In this document: one piece after another, positions 1 to 9,934 of the stretch
Position numbering within the stretch: position 1 is the stretch's first letter
How the letters are laid out: each line of letters opens with the position of its first letter
NCBI GenBank assembly: GCA_965200245.1
Contig: CBDATS010000005.1
Location: 416,001 to 480,000, forward strand
Reading direction: 5' to 3'
Source: a bacterium
Lineage (GTDB): Bacteria > UBA8248
DNA: 64,000 nucleotides
Made by a program: the position numbers and the translations under genes
The notes under the pieces: model-generated
Told to the model about the DNA's origin: nothing
What the model saw: the letters and a program-made list of their open reading frames with translations, nothing else
Database searches by the model: none

Positions 1-325
1 TCCCCTCGTTGGGACGCTGATAAGCGCGCCAAATCACCCCCTCTCTTACCTCTTCTGCCTTGATGGAACGCGATCCCGCTTCGGGGCAAAGCGAGACGAC
101 ATCGGGGTGTACGTTCGCAAGCGTCTTCTTGCATGCCGCACAATTCCCGCAAGGCGGCGCATCACCGGTACACTGTAGCACCTGCGCGAAAAGGCGCGCC
201 ACGAGTGCCTTGCCGACTCCGTCAGGACCATAAAAGAGATAGGCGCCAGCCACCTGACCGGAGGATAAATCTCTCCGTAGCAGTTCTATAGCCGTGCCCT
301 GGCCACGGATGGATTCCCAGCCCAT
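1..325 (-). CDS. holB: DNA polymerase III delta' subunit (N-terminal part, runs off the window)
   Basis: Manual translation from ATG at 325: MGWESIRGQ...AYLFYGPDGVGKALVARLFAQVLQC...PCGNCAACKK...HPDV (Walker A, zinc motif, HPD). Overlaps the end of tmk, the conserved tmk-holB order. Confidence 0.9.
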   Translation of the reverse strand, partial: MGWESIRGQGTAIELLRRDLSSGQVAGAYLFYGPDGVGKALVARLFAQVLQCTGDAPPCGNCAACKKTLANVHPDVVSLCPEAGSRSIKAEEVREGVIWRAYQRPNEG

Positions 326-939
326 TCGACCCTTTCCCCCACGATGGCCATTACCTCTTTACGCACCTGCTCTATCGCACCCTCGCCCAGCACGCGAAAA
401 CGCTTGGGCTCACGTCTGGCCAACTCATCAAAACCCGCCTGTACCCTGCGGTGAAACGCCAGATTCTCGCTTTCAAGACGGTCGCCCGCACCTTCACCCC
501 TCGCGCGCAAGAGGCCTTCCTCGACAGGCACAGAAAACAGCAGTGTCAAGTCGGGAACGAGCCCCCCACTCGCCATACGGTTCATCTCCATCACCATGCG
601 CTCGTCCAGTCCTCTCCCGAACGCCTGATACGCCGTCGTGGAATCGAAAAACCTGTCGCAAAGAACGTGGGTGCCCGCTTCCAGGGCCGGCCGAATCACC
701 TCGCCAACATGCTGCGCGCGCGCCGCCTCGTAAAGCATGAGTTCAGCGGCTGCGTCCAAACCCTCATCGCGTGGGGCGAGGAGAAGCTCGCGTATCACCT
801 CCCCCACCTTCGTGCCGCCGGGTTCTCTCGTGGCGAGAACCGCCAGACCCGCTTCTTCCATCCACGCACGCAGATGCGCCATCTGGGTTGACTTGCCGCT
901 ACCCTCCACACCCTCGAACGTGATGAAACGACCCCGCAT
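286..939 (-). CDS. tmk: thymidylate (dTMP) kinase
   Basis: FITFEGVEGSGKST P-loop, TREPGGT, LCDRFFDST. Start placed at ATG 939 behind a GAGGAG RBS. Confidence 0.95.
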   Translation of the reverse strand: MRGRFITFEGVEGSGKSTQMAHLRAWMEEAGLAVLATREPGGTKVGEVIRELLLAPRDEGLDAAAELMLYEAARAQHVGEVIRPALEAGTHVLCDRFFDSTTAYQAFGRGLDERMVMEMNRMASGGLVPDLTLLFSVPVEEGLLRARGEGAGDRLESENLAFHRRVQAGFDELARREPKRFRVLGEGAIEQVRKEVMAIVGERVEWAGNPSVARARL

Positions 940-1013
940 CGGAAGACTCCTCGGCATATCCTGACACGTCACCTGACCACAACATTCTCATGAAACGGGC
1001 GAGGCGCGGATGA

Positions 1014-2393
1014 TCACCTCCCGTCCAGTTTCCGGTAAATGGTGCGTGTGGCGATTCCCAGGAGGCGGGCAGCGGCGTTCTTGTCACCCCCCGTGTGCCG
1101 GAGAGTCTCCAGAATGACCTGGAGCTCGACCTCCGCGAGCGGGGTGCCGACTTCGACGTTGATGAGCGGCGAACCCGACGCCATCGACCGCTCCCCGTTC
1201 ACGGGTTCGCTCCTGGCAAGCGGCGCGGGCATATCCCCGAGTGAAATCATTTCGCCCCGGCTCAGTACCACGGCGCGCTCCACCATGTTTTCGAGTTCAC
1301 GCACGTTTCCCGGCCAGTGGTAGTTCGACATCGCATTGAGCACCTCGCGCGAAAACGCGAGAACGGGGCGGTTGTTCTTCGCGGCGAGGCGCTGGAGGAA
1401 ATGCTCGGCGAGCAGCGGAATGTCGCTTCGCCTCTCCCGCAGGGAAGGCATCTCCATGGTGACTACGTTCAGGCGATAGTAGAGATCCTCGCGAAACCTC
1501 CTCTCGGCCACGGCGGTTTGCAAGTCCGCGTTGGTGGAAGCCACGATTCGCACGTCGACCTTCAAAGTTTCCGTTCCACCGACGCGCTCAAATTCGCCTT
1601 CCTGGATAACCCGGAGAATCTTCGGCTGCAGGGAGAGAGGCATATCCCCGATCTCATCGAGAAACAGCGTACCCTCATGCGCGAGCCTGAAGCGGCCCTC
1701 CTTCCGGCCCACTGCGCCCGTGTATGCCCCGCGTTCGTGACCGAACAGTTCGTTCTCGATGAGCGTATCCGGCATCGCGGCACAGTTCACCTTCACCAGG
1801 GGCTTGCCCGCCCTTTCGCTCCCCTGGTGCAGGGCGTTCGCCACCAATTCCTTGCCCGTCCCGCTCTCACCGAGCACCAGCACCGTGGCGGAGGTGGGCG
1901 CGACCTGGCGAATCATATCCTTCACCCGGCGGATCGATGGGTGATCTCCCAGAATGCCCGAAGTGTCACGCAGACTCTGGAGCTGGGCCCGCAAGTCCGC
2001 GTTTTCCCGCATGAGGGTCTGTTTTTCGAGGGCCTTTTCAATCGCCTTCAAGACGACCACACGCTCGAGTGGCTTTGTCAGAAAATCATAAGCTCCCTCG
2101 CGCATCGCCTCGACGGCCGATTCGATGCTGCCTGCGCCGGAGATCAGAATAACTTCCGTGTCCGGGCTGAGACGCTTCACCTTTTTCAGAAGTCCGATGC
2201 CGCCCATCCCCGGCATTCTGAGATCGGTGATGACCAGATTCACAGGGTCTGCGTCGAACATTTCGGAGGCGGTTTGCCCGTCATGCGCCATGGCAACCTC
2301 GAATCCTTCCTTGGCGATCATCTTCTGGAGAGCCTCGCGGCTGCCGCGCTTGTCGTCCACCACCATGACACGCGCTCCGTCGCGACTACTCAT
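1014..2393 (-). CDS. sigma54-dependent response regulator, NtrC/AtoC family (REC-AAA+-Fis HTH)
   Basis: REC domain (VVDD, ITDLRMP, KP), GESGTGKE, ELFGHERGAYTGA, LFLDEIG, WPGNVREL, C-terminal HTH. Confidence 0.95.
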   Translation of the reverse strand: MSSRDGARVMVVDDKRGSREALQKMIAKEGFEVAMAHDGQTASEMFDADPVNLVITDLRMPGMGGIGLLKKVKRLSPDTEVILISGAGSIESAVEAMREGAYDFLTKPLERVVVLKAIEKALEKQTLMRENADLRAQLQSLRDTSGILGDHPSIRRVKDMIRQVAPTSATVLVLGESGTGKELVANALHQGSERAGKPLVKVNCAAMPDTLIENELFGHERGAYTGAVGRKEGRFRLAHEGTLFLDEIGDMPLSLQPKILRVIQEGEFERVGGTETLKVDVRIVASTNADLQTAVAERRFREDLYYRLNVVTMEMPSLRERRSDIPLLAEHFLQRLAAKNNRPVLAFSREVLNAMSNYHWPGNVRELENMVERAVVLSRGEMISLGDMPAPLARSEPVNGERSMASGSPLINVEVGTPLAEVELQVILETLRHTGGDKNAAARLLGIATRTIYRKLDGR

Positions 2394-4615
2394 ACCTTCG
2401 CCTCCTGCGCCACGGCGAGCGGGAGTTCTACGATAAAGGTGGCACCCGTTCCCTCGGTACTCTCCAGACGAATGCCACCCCCGTGCTCGGTGATAATCTG
2501 CCGGCTCAGCACGAGGCCGAGCCCGGTTCCGTTTGCCTTCGTCGTGAAAAACGGCGTGAACAGGGATGCCTGACCCTCAGGACTGATGCCCACGCCGCTG
2601 TCCGATATCCGGATGACGAGATGCTGATCTGCCAACTCGGTCTTTACCAGCAGACGGCCGCCGTCGGGCATCGCATCGAAGCCGTTCATAATGAGATTCT
2701 GAATCGCGACGCGAATTTGCGCCTCATCCAGGGCGACCTCGGGAATGTCTCTTGTAAAATCCTGTTCTATCTGGATATTCCGGCCTGCCGCCACCTCCGT
2801 ATACAGATCCAGCAAATCTTCAAGCATCTCGTTGCAGTCGACCGGCGTTTTCTCCAGGCTGGGCATTCGCACGAATTTGAGATAGTCCGCCGTCACCTGC
2901 CTCATGATGTCCACCTCCGCCCTCACGGACTTGAGCAGGGCCCACGCCTCAGAGGTGTCCGCTCCTGTGAACTGCGACAATTCATCGCCAAGCAGTTCCG
3001 CGCTCAGGTTGATGGCCGAGAGGGGGTTGCGTATCGAATGTGCCACCTGTTCGCTCATCTTGCCGACGATGGAGAGCCTGTCTTGCTGAAGAACTTCTTT
3101 TTCGAGCACCTTGCGCTCGGTCACGTCCTTCAAATACAGAATCACCTGTAGTGTGTCTCCCGATGCGGCAAGAATCGGATACGTGTAGTATTCCATATCC
3201 ATCCGCCGCCCGTCTTCCCGTAAAATCGACTTTTCGAAAAAGCCCGGTTCGCCCGTCGCAAAAGTACCGGCGACAACGGATGGGGCAACGAAAGCCTCGG
3301 GTACAGCGGTCTCCGGCGATATCTCCCATTTTTGAGCCAGCAAATCCGACGTCTCCCATCCGAAAAGTCTGCCCATCGATTGATTGAGCATACAGATGCG
3401 AAAACCCTCGTCCAGAATGCAGATGGCGTCCGTGATGCCGTTGAACAGCGTCTCTAGCCGCCTGTTGCTTTCCAGCACCTGAACGGACCAGTGAATTCTA
3501 TCCTCGGCGCGTATTCGCCTGCGATCGCGATCGAGAATCAACAGAGCGGCCAGAATCAGGGCAACAAAACCGAAACCCGTTAACAGCAGGCCCTTCTGGA
3601 ACAGGTTTCCGAGCAACCCGACGACCTCCGCGGAGGGCGTCGTCAGGGCGAACACCCAGTTCTCATGCCCGACCTGGAACCTGCTGAAAGCCGTCAGATA
3701 ACGCAGGTGCTTTTCTTTTTTTTCAGGCTCCAGGTTGAGATGCCAATCGAAGCCTTTCTCTTCGCTCTTCATGCGTTCGGCCAGTTTTTCGAGCCTTGCG
3801 TCTTTCAATTCACGCGCGAGGGTGGACAATTGAACGCCTTCCAGCCAAGCGATGCCAGGAGAAAAGACAATTCTGCCCCCGCCGTCCACGAGCCACGCCC
3901 GTTCCCGGCCTTCCGATTGCATGGGCTCGATAAAGGTGCGCGCCAATTCCGCCAAGGAAATTCGAGCGTAGAGCCAATCGCTTTTCTTCCGGTTCTCCTC
4001 TCCTTCAGTCACAACCCCCTGGAGTTTCACGGGTACCGCCGCGAACAGGGAGGAAACCCTTTTGTCTCTATCGCGAATCACGAGGAGGCAGGCTCCCGGC
4101 GGCCAGGAACAGTTCGCGAGTCTGTCAATATATTCTTTCGGAATCGTCGCGTTCTGCTCATCTCCGCTTTGCAGATAACCCAGTTCGCTCACGCGGCCTC
4201 TCCCGCCCAGCCTTTCATATAAAGCCATCATCGCCGCCACCCTTCCGGGGTGTTCGGGTTCGATGGTCCGCAGAAACCCCGCGCTATGGCGCAGAGACGC
4301 CGTGAGCGCTTCGAGGAACGAGGAGACGCGCTCTCCGGCCTGCTCCACGAGAAGAAGCTGTCGACGGTTCGATCTCTGCTCTGTCTCGAGTTTGGTGTCT
4401 ACGTAGAGTCGGTAAGAGAGAAAGCTCAATATCACCAGCAAAACGAAAGTCGCGCCTATCGTGCAGTACTGGAATTTTCGGTTCGCGATGCGCGACTTCG
4501 CGATTCGCGAACGCACTGAATCCCCGGTTTCATGGATCGTTACCTCACGCGGCCGCCGCCTCCCAAACCATCGTCCCGGAACCGACCGTACGGCTTTCGC
4601 CCATCCATTCGACAT
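2390..4615 (-). CDS. membrane sensor histidine kinase (periplasmic sensor, PAS, HisKA, HATPase_c)
   Basis: Two hydrophobic segments, PAS-like region, VAHSIRNPL H-box, NLIMNGFDA, DSGVG, PFFTTK, GTGLGL. ATGA overlap with the regulator. Start uncertain. Confidence 0.9.
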   Translation of the reverse strand: MSNGWAKAVRSVPGRWFGRRRPREVTIHETGDSVRSRIAKSRIANRKFQYCTIGATFVLLVILSFLSYRLYVDTKLETEQRSNRRQLLLVEQAGERVSSFLEALTASLRHSAGFLRTIEPEHPGRVAAMMALYERLGGRGRVSELGYLQSGDEQNATIPKEYIDRLANCSWPPGACLLVIRDRDKRVSSLFAAVPVKLQGVVTEGEENRKKSDWLYARISLAELARTFIEPMQSEGRERAWLVDGGGRIVFSPGIAWLEGVQLSTLARELKDARLEKLAERMKSEEKGFDWHLNLEPEKKEKHLRYLTAFSRFQVGHENWVFALTTPSAEVVGLLGNLFQKGLLLTGFGFVALILAALLILDRDRRRIRAEDRIHWSVQVLESNRRLETLFNGITDAICILDEGFRICMLNQSMGRLFGWETSDLLAQKWEISPETAVPEAFVAPSVVAGTFATGEPGFFEKSILREDGRRMDMEYYTYPILAASGDTLQVILYLKDVTERKVLEKEVLQQDRLSIVGKMSEQVAHSIRNPLSAINLSAELLGDELSQFTGADTSEAWALLKSVRAEVDIMRQVTADYLKFVRMPSLEKTPVDCNEMLEDLLDLYTEVAAGRNIQIEQDFTRDIPEVALDEAQIRVAIQNLIMNGFDAMPDGGRLLVKTELADQHLVIRISDSGVGISPEGQASLFTPFFTTKANGTGLGLVLSRQIITEHGGGIRLESTEGTGATFIVELPLAVAQEAKV

Positions 4616-4720
4616 TAATGCTTCTCAAGAATCAATCGTTTTCGTCAATTCCAAAGCCCGACGCTTGTGTTCGCGCTTCGGGGTTTGAAAAACCACTTCT
4701 CCCCGCCCCGACCTGCGCAC

Positions 4721-4749
4721 TTGACACACGGGAATTCCCTCCATATGTT
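4721..4749 (+). promoter_or_regulatory. sigma70-type promoter of hrcA
   Basis: TTGACA (4721-4726), 17-nt spacer, TATGTT (4744-4749). Confidence 0.6.
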
Positions 4750-4756
4750 TTCTAAA

Positions 4757-4783
4757 CTAGCATCTCATAGTCCGGAGTGCCAC
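4757..4783. promoter_or_regulatory. degenerate CIRCE operator (HrcA binding site)
   Basis: CTAGCATCT-N9-GAGTGCCAC versus consensus TTAGCACTC-N9-GAGTGCTAA, lying between the promoter and hrcA. Confidence 0.65.
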
Positions 4784-4827
4784 ATCAAAATTTCATGTGG
4801 AAGACGCCGCACCGGGAGGCTCTCGAA

Positions 4828-5877
4828 ATGGACGCCCTAGAACTCGCCCGGAGAAACCGAGAAATCCTGCGCGCCATCGTCAACATCTTCGTGGACACGG
4901 GTGACCCCGTGGGGAGCCGCACGCTCTCGAAGCACGCCGACATCGCCCTGAGCCCTGCCACCATACGAAACATCATGAGCGACCTGGCTGATGCGGGTTT
5001 CCTCACCAAACCCCACGTCTCCTCCGGCAGGCTCCCCACCGACCTGGGCTATCGCCACTTCGTCGACGACCTCATGGATTCCCATACCCTCACGGATGAA
5101 GAACAGGAATCCATACTTCGCGGTGCCTCCGCGCAGGCTGCTCAAATCGAGCAGGTGCTCGCGCAGGCCACGCGCGTGCTCTCCGAACTCACCAACACGG
5201 CGGGGTTGGTGCTCCTGCCGGCAGGCGAGCAGCTCCACTTTCGGCACATCAACTTCGTGAAAATGTCAGAGGAAAAAACCCTGGCCGTCATCGTCTCCAT
5301 GAGCGGGGTGGTGCAAAACCGCGTCATCCCCATGGAGATCCCCATCGGCCAGGAGGAATTGAACAGGATTTCGAACATACTGAACGAGGAGTTCAGCGGA
5401 CTCGCCCTGCGGGAAGTGCGCGAGAAGATCATCCAGAAGATGACCCTCGCGCGCGACGGCCTCGACACCCTTTACCGCCAGGCGCTCGAACTAAGCAAGG
5501 CGGCGCTCTCCGAGAACGAAGACACACAGGAGTCCGTCTTCGTCGAAGGGGCCTCGCGTGTGTTCTCGCAGCCCGATTTCGCCACCAACGCGGAAAAGCT
5601 CCAGACTCTCTACCGCACTTTCGAGGAGAGGGTAAAGCTCGTCCGCCTGCTGGACAAGTGCATGGAATCTTCGGACATCACCATTCTCATCGGATCAGAA
5701 AACGATTTCGAGGAAATGAAGGACTGCAGCGTCGTCGCCCAGCGCTACTATATGGACGACCGCCCGCTGGGCAGCATCGGCATCATCGGACCCAAGCGCA
5801 TGCGGTATGATCGTGCCGTCTCGCTCGTGGAATGGACAGCGGATTCGGTGTCGAAGTTCCTCTCCTCGGGAAAGTAA
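4828..5877 (+). CDS. hrcA: heat-inducible transcription repressor HrcA
   Basis: ILRAIV..FVDTGDPVGSRTL, SPATIRNIMSDL, PHVSSGRLPTDLGYRHFVD, GIIGPKRMRY. Confidence 0.95.
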   Translation: MDALELARRNREILRAIVNIFVDTGDPVGSRTLSKHADIALSPATIRNIMSDLADAGFLTKPHVSSGRLPTDLGYRHFVDDLMDSHTLTDEEQESILRGASAQAAQIEQVLAQATRVLSELTNTAGLVLLPAGEQLHFRHINFVKMSEEKTLAVIVSMSGVVQNRVIPMEIPIGQEELNRISNILNEEFSGLALREVREKIIQKMTLARDGLDTLYRQALELSKAALSENEDTQESVFVEGASRVFSQPDFATNAEKLQTLYRTFEERVKLVRLLDKCMESSDITILIGSENDFEEMKDCSVVAQRYYMDDRPLGSIGIIGPKRMRYDRAVSLVEWTADSVSKFLSSGK

Positions 5878-5925
5878 TCGTCGAGAAAGCGCTTCATCCC
5901 CACCCTTCCCGGAGATCATGATTCG

Positions 5926-7011
5926 GTGAAGATCACCGACGCCCTCAAAATCCTCGGCCTTGCGCAAGACGCCACGACATCCGAGATCAAACGCGTCTAC
6001 AAGAAGCTGGCCCTCGAGTTCCACCCGGACAGAAACCCCGGCGATCCCGAGGCGGAAAGACGCTTCAGGCAAATCGTCATCGCCCACGAAACCCTCAAGA
6101 ACCCGAAACGCTACTCCCCCGGCCGGTTATCCCGCGGGCGGAGGTCGGCGCGCCCCAAAAACGAATACGAGGAGAAATGGGAGGATATCTTCTCTCATAT
6201 CTTCCGCAGCGCACATGAACCCGCGGGTGAGAAGAAAAGCACGGCCAGGGACCTGAACACCCAGGTCGAGGTGACGTTCGAAGAGTTGACGCGAGATGTG
6301 GAAAAGGAAATCACCATATCACGCAGCGTACGCTGCGTTGCCTGCCGAGGGCGCGGCACAGCACCGGGCACGCAAAGAAGCGCCTGCCCGACGTGCAAGG
6401 GCACGGGCGAGATTCGCTACAGGCAGGGACTTGCGGAACTTCGCATCCCCTGCTCGGCTTGCGATGGAAGCGGCAAACACGAGGGCGAGGCGTGCCCGGA
6501 CTGCAGGGGAGAAGGCCGTAACAACAGGCGCGAGAAACTGAGCGTGAAAGTTCCCGCCGCGATGGAAGAGGGGACGCAAATCAGGATGAAAAGCAAGGGC
6601 CATGAGAATGCACGCACCGGCGAGGCAGGCGACCTCATCGTCACGGTACGCGTGAAGCCCCACTCCCTGTTCCGAAGAAAGGGCAACGACATCCTCCTCG
6701 ATCTGCCCGTGAGTTTCTCACAGGCCGCCCTCGGCCACGAAACCCTCGTACCCACACTGAAAGAAGCCAGGAAGTTCAGGATTCCAGCGGGCACCCAGTC
6801 GGGCCGGGAATTTCTCCTCAAGGGCGAGGGTCTCGCCCCCGCAGGGGGGCGCAACACCGGCGATATGCGCATCCGCGTGCTCGTCGAAACGCCCACCAAG
6901 CTCGACGAGCACCAACGCGCAATCCTCGCCAGGTTACAGCGCATCTCTTCGCTGTCCAATCACCCGAGGACCCGGACGTTTCATGAAAAGACACGATTTC
7001 TTCTCGAATGA
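5926..7011 (+). CDS. dnaJ: chaperone DnaJ
   Basis: J domain with HPD, four CxxCxGxG repeats, C-terminal domain (GDLIVTV, LPVSFSQAALG). Confidence 0.9.
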   Translation: MKITDALKILGLAQDATTSEIKRVYKKLALEFHPDRNPGDPEAERRFRQIVIAHETLKNPKRYSPGRLSRGRRSARPKNEYEEKWEDIFSHIFRSAHEPAGEKKSTARDLNTQVEVTFEELTRDVEKEITISRSVRCVACRGRGTAPGTQRSACPTCKGTGEIRYRQGLAELRIPCSACDGSGKHEGEACPDCRGEGRNNRREKLSVKVPAAMEEGTQIRMKSKGHENARTGEAGDLIVTVRVKPHSLFRRKGNDILLDLPVSFSQAALGHETLVPTLKEARKFRIPAGTQSGREFLLKGEGLAPAGGRNTGDMRIRVLVETPTKLDEHQRAILARLQRISSLSNHPRTRTFHEKTRFLLE

Positions 7012-7119
7012 GGGGTACCAAGCCGCCTTGTAGCGCTTGGAATTTCCTGCTACATAACTCATTCTGAAATCAAGACCATCCAACATATCCACGAACAGCA
7101 GACACAGGAGCATCCAACA

Positions 7120-8205
7120 TTGTCGAATCAAGCACGCATTGATGAGTTCATCGAGAAGACCCGCGAACTGAACGGCCGGCCCGTGCGCGAGCGCGAGGCC
7201 TGGAACAACGAGGCGAGCACCGACGCCATCCGCCACTTTGCATACGGTATCGACGACGACAATCCCCTTTGGCTCGACGCGGAATACGCAGCTGGCACGT
7301 CGTACGGAAACATCATGGCACCGCCTGCTTTTCTGGTGTCGGTTCTCTACCCGATACTCCACGGTGCGCCAATGGAGGTTCCCCTATCCTCGTTGATCGG
7401 GGGCGTGGAATTCGAGTGGGAAAAACCTATCTCGCAAGGCGAGAAGCTGCGCGCCGAATCCATACAGAAGGATTCCTACGTCAAGCAGAACAAGGCAGGC
7501 CGTCAACTCATCTTCATCATCTCGGAGTGCACCTACTGGAACGAGGCAGACGAAGTTGTCGCCAAGGGCACGGGCACGATGATCCGCACCCTTCAGGAGG
7601 GGAATACGCTCCTTTACGAGCGGCCTGTCAGGAAATACGACGAGGCGGAATTTGCAGAAATCGAAAACGCTTACACAGCGGAAGAAAGACGCGGCAGCGA
7701 GAAGCGCCGATTCGCGGACGTATCCGTAGGCGATGAACTGCCAACCATGCTTCGTGGCCCCCTCACCATCGGCGACATGGTTGCCTGGAACGCGGGCAAC
7801 GGACCCTCCTACAAGGCGGGCCGGCGCGGCTATCTCGATCTCCAGAAAGCGCCGCACAACGCCGTCCTGATCCCCCAGATCGGCATCAAGGTAAAAAACT
7901 CCCAGCAGCATGAGGACTTCAATCTCGCTTCGGGGCGCGGGATGCCGGGACCGTTTGACAACGGAGTCATGCGCTTCGCCTGGGTGAGCCCTTTCATCAC
8001 CAACTGGATGGGAGACGACGCGTTCCTGAAGAATCTCTACGTTCAGGTGCGCCGCCCGATGATCTACGGCGATACCATCCGGCACGAAGGCAAGGTGGTC
8101 GAGAAAAACGATGTTGATCGAACCGTCAGGGTGGAGATCACCGGAACGAATCAAGAGAGCGAGTTGGCAACGGCCGGCTCCGCCGTAGTTCGCCTGCCGG
8201 AGTAA
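7120..8205 (+). CDS. tandem MaoC/hot-dog fold dehydratase-like protein
   Basis: AIRHFAYGIDDDNPLWLDAEYA..APPAF first domain; second MaoC domain (VGDELP..GPLT, QHED, GPFDNG, TNWMGD). TTG start with GGAG RBS. Confidence 0.8.
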   Translation: MSNQARIDEFIEKTRELNGRPVREREAWNNEASTDAIRHFAYGIDDDNPLWLDAEYAAGTSYGNIMAPPAFLVSVLYPILHGAPMEVPLSSLIGGVEFEWEKPISQGEKLRAESIQKDSYVKQNKAGRQLIFIISECTYWNEADEVVAKGTGTMIRTLQEGNTLLYERPVRKYDEAEFAEIENAYTAEERRGSEKRRFADVSVGDELPTMLRGPLTIGDMVAWNAGNGPSYKAGRRGYLDLQKAPHNAVLIPQIGIKVKNSQQHEDFNLASGRGMPGPFDNGVMRFAWVSPFITNWMGDDAFLKNLYVQVRRPMIYGDTIRHEGKVVEKNDVDRTVRVEITGTNQESELATAGSAVVRLPE

Positions 8206-8217
8206 GACCGAAAATCC

Positions 8218-9096
8218 GTGGCGAAAAAGTGGCTCGAACTCATCATCGAGGTTCGTGAGGAACTCGCCGAGGAAGCCGCCGCCTGCATACTCGAAGCGGG
8301 CGCTTCCGCTGTGGAGGAACGAGACGGTGCGAATGGTGCATCGCTGCTTATCTCGCACATCGATCTGAAAGACCGTGCGACCGTGAAACTCCGCGAGATA
8401 GAGGCGTTCCTTGCCACGCTGGGCGTCGAAAAGAACGCCATCACCCTCAGGAACATCGAGGATCAGGACTGGGTCGCCCAATCACGCGGTCATTTCAAAG
8501 GCGAACCCTACGGCGAGATACTGTGGGTGCGGCCGCCTTGGGAAGAGAGTGAAACGCCTGAGGGGCGCATTGAGTTGGTGTTGGAGCCAAGTCTCGCCTT
8601 CGGAACGGGCAGGCACCCGTCTACCCGTCTGGCTCTTCTGGCGATTGAACGCTGCTGCGAAAGAAAACCTCCCGAGCGCATGGTGGATTTGGGCTGCGGC
8701 TCGGGCATCCTGGGCGTCGCCACCCTACTCCTCGGCGCAAAGCATGTCGTCGCATTCGACCTCGATCCTGCGGCCATCGAGGAAACCACCGTCCTGGCGA
8801 AGCGAAACGCGGTGACGGATCGCATGACAACGCGCAACACGACGCTCGCACCGCGTGCGCTGGGTGACTGGTGGGGCCGGGTGGATTTTATCGCGGCGAA
8901 CATATTTCTGGACGCCCTGAGAGTACTCGCACCGCATATTCTCGAAGCACTCGCTCCGGAAGGCCAAGCTGTCCTTTCAGGGGTCGGCTACGAGCAGGCA
9001 GAAACCCTCGCCCGCATTTACGAGGAAGCCGGTTTCATGGTCGGGCAGATGAATCGCATTGAGGAATGGGCGAGCGTCGAGGTGATGAAGCCATGA
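8218..9096 (+). CDS. prmA: ribosomal protein L11 methyltransferase
   Basis: RPPWE, LEPSLAFGTGRHPST, DLGCGSGIL, ANI, LSG. Confidence 0.92.
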   Translation: MAKKWLELIIEVREELAEEAAACILEAGASAVEERDGANGASLLISHIDLKDRATVKLREIEAFLATLGVEKNAITLRNIEDQDWVAQSRGHFKGEPYGEILWVRPPWEESETPEGRIELVLEPSLAFGTGRHPSTRLALLAIERCCERKPPERMVDLGCGSGILGVATLLLGAKHVVAFDLDPAAIEETTVLAKRNAVTDRMTTRNTTLAPRALGDWWGRVDFIAANIFLDALRVLAPHILEALAPEGQAVLSGVGYEQAETLARIYEEAGFMVGQMNRIEEWASVEVMKP

Positions 9097-9857
9097 CGCG
9101 CGACAGCCTCAGGCTTTTCTACGCGCCGCCGGGAGCGGTTCAGGGCAAACGGGTCATCCTAGGAGCGGAGGAATCCGTGCATGTCCGCCGCGTTCTCAGA
9201 ATGCAACCGGGCGCAATCTGCCGCGTGGCGACAGAAGATGGACAAGAATACAAGGTGGAGCTTGAGGAGATCTCCGATGCGGAGTGTGCCTGCCGAATCA
9301 TCGAGCGCCTGCCGGGCAGGCCGCCCGCCCCCTTGTCCATCGTTCTCGGGCTTCCCCTCATCAAGGGTGAGCACTTCGAGTGGGTACTCCAGAAAGGCCG
9401 TGAACTCGGCGTCGATTCCTTCCATCCCCTGGTGCTTGAGCGCTGCGAGGTCAGAATTGAGGAGAGGCGAATCGCCGAGCGTCACAAACGCTGGCGTCGC
9501 ATCGTCCTGGAAGCCGCCAAACAGTGCGATCGCACACCTCCGCCCGAGGCTCGTGAACCCGGCGGGTTGAAGGGTTTTCTCTCCGAGACCAGAAATTTCG
9601 ACCTGAAGCTGATGGGCTACCTGGGAGAAGGCGCAGTTCCGATGCATGAGGCGTTATCACGCATGAGCGACAAAAAAACCCCGATTCGCGTCGCCATCCT
9701 GACCGGCCCCGAGGGAGACCTTACGAATGAGGAAGTGGAACGGTCAATAGGTGCAGGATTCCTGCCGGTGACATTGGGGCCCAGAGTCCTGCGCGCGGAC
9801 ACCGCGCCCATAGCACTCCTCACCATCGTGCAGCACGTGCTCGGGGATATGAACTGA
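9093..9857 (+). CDS. rsmE: 16S rRNA m3U1498 methyltransferase
   Basis: HVRRVLRM, QKGRELGV, EAAKQC, GPEGDL, LGPRVLRADTA. ATGA overlap with prmA. Confidence 0.93.
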   Translation: MTRDSLRLFYAPPGAVQGKRVILGAEESVHVRRVLRMQPGAICRVATEDGQEYKVELEEISDAECACRIIERLPGRPPAPLSIVLGLPLIKGEHFEWVLQKGRELGVDSFHPLVLERCEVRIEERRIAERHKRWRRIVLEAAKQCDRTPPPEAREPGGLKGFLSETRNFDLKLMGYLGEGAVPMHEALSRMSDKKTPIRVAILTGPEGDLTNEEVERSIGAGFLPVTLGPRVLRADTAPIALLTIVQHVLGDMN

Positions 9858-9934
9858 TGCACACGGAATCGTTTGACACCCATTTCACTCCACACTAGGT
9901 TGTGGGTACCATCATTTTCTGACGGGAATATCCA

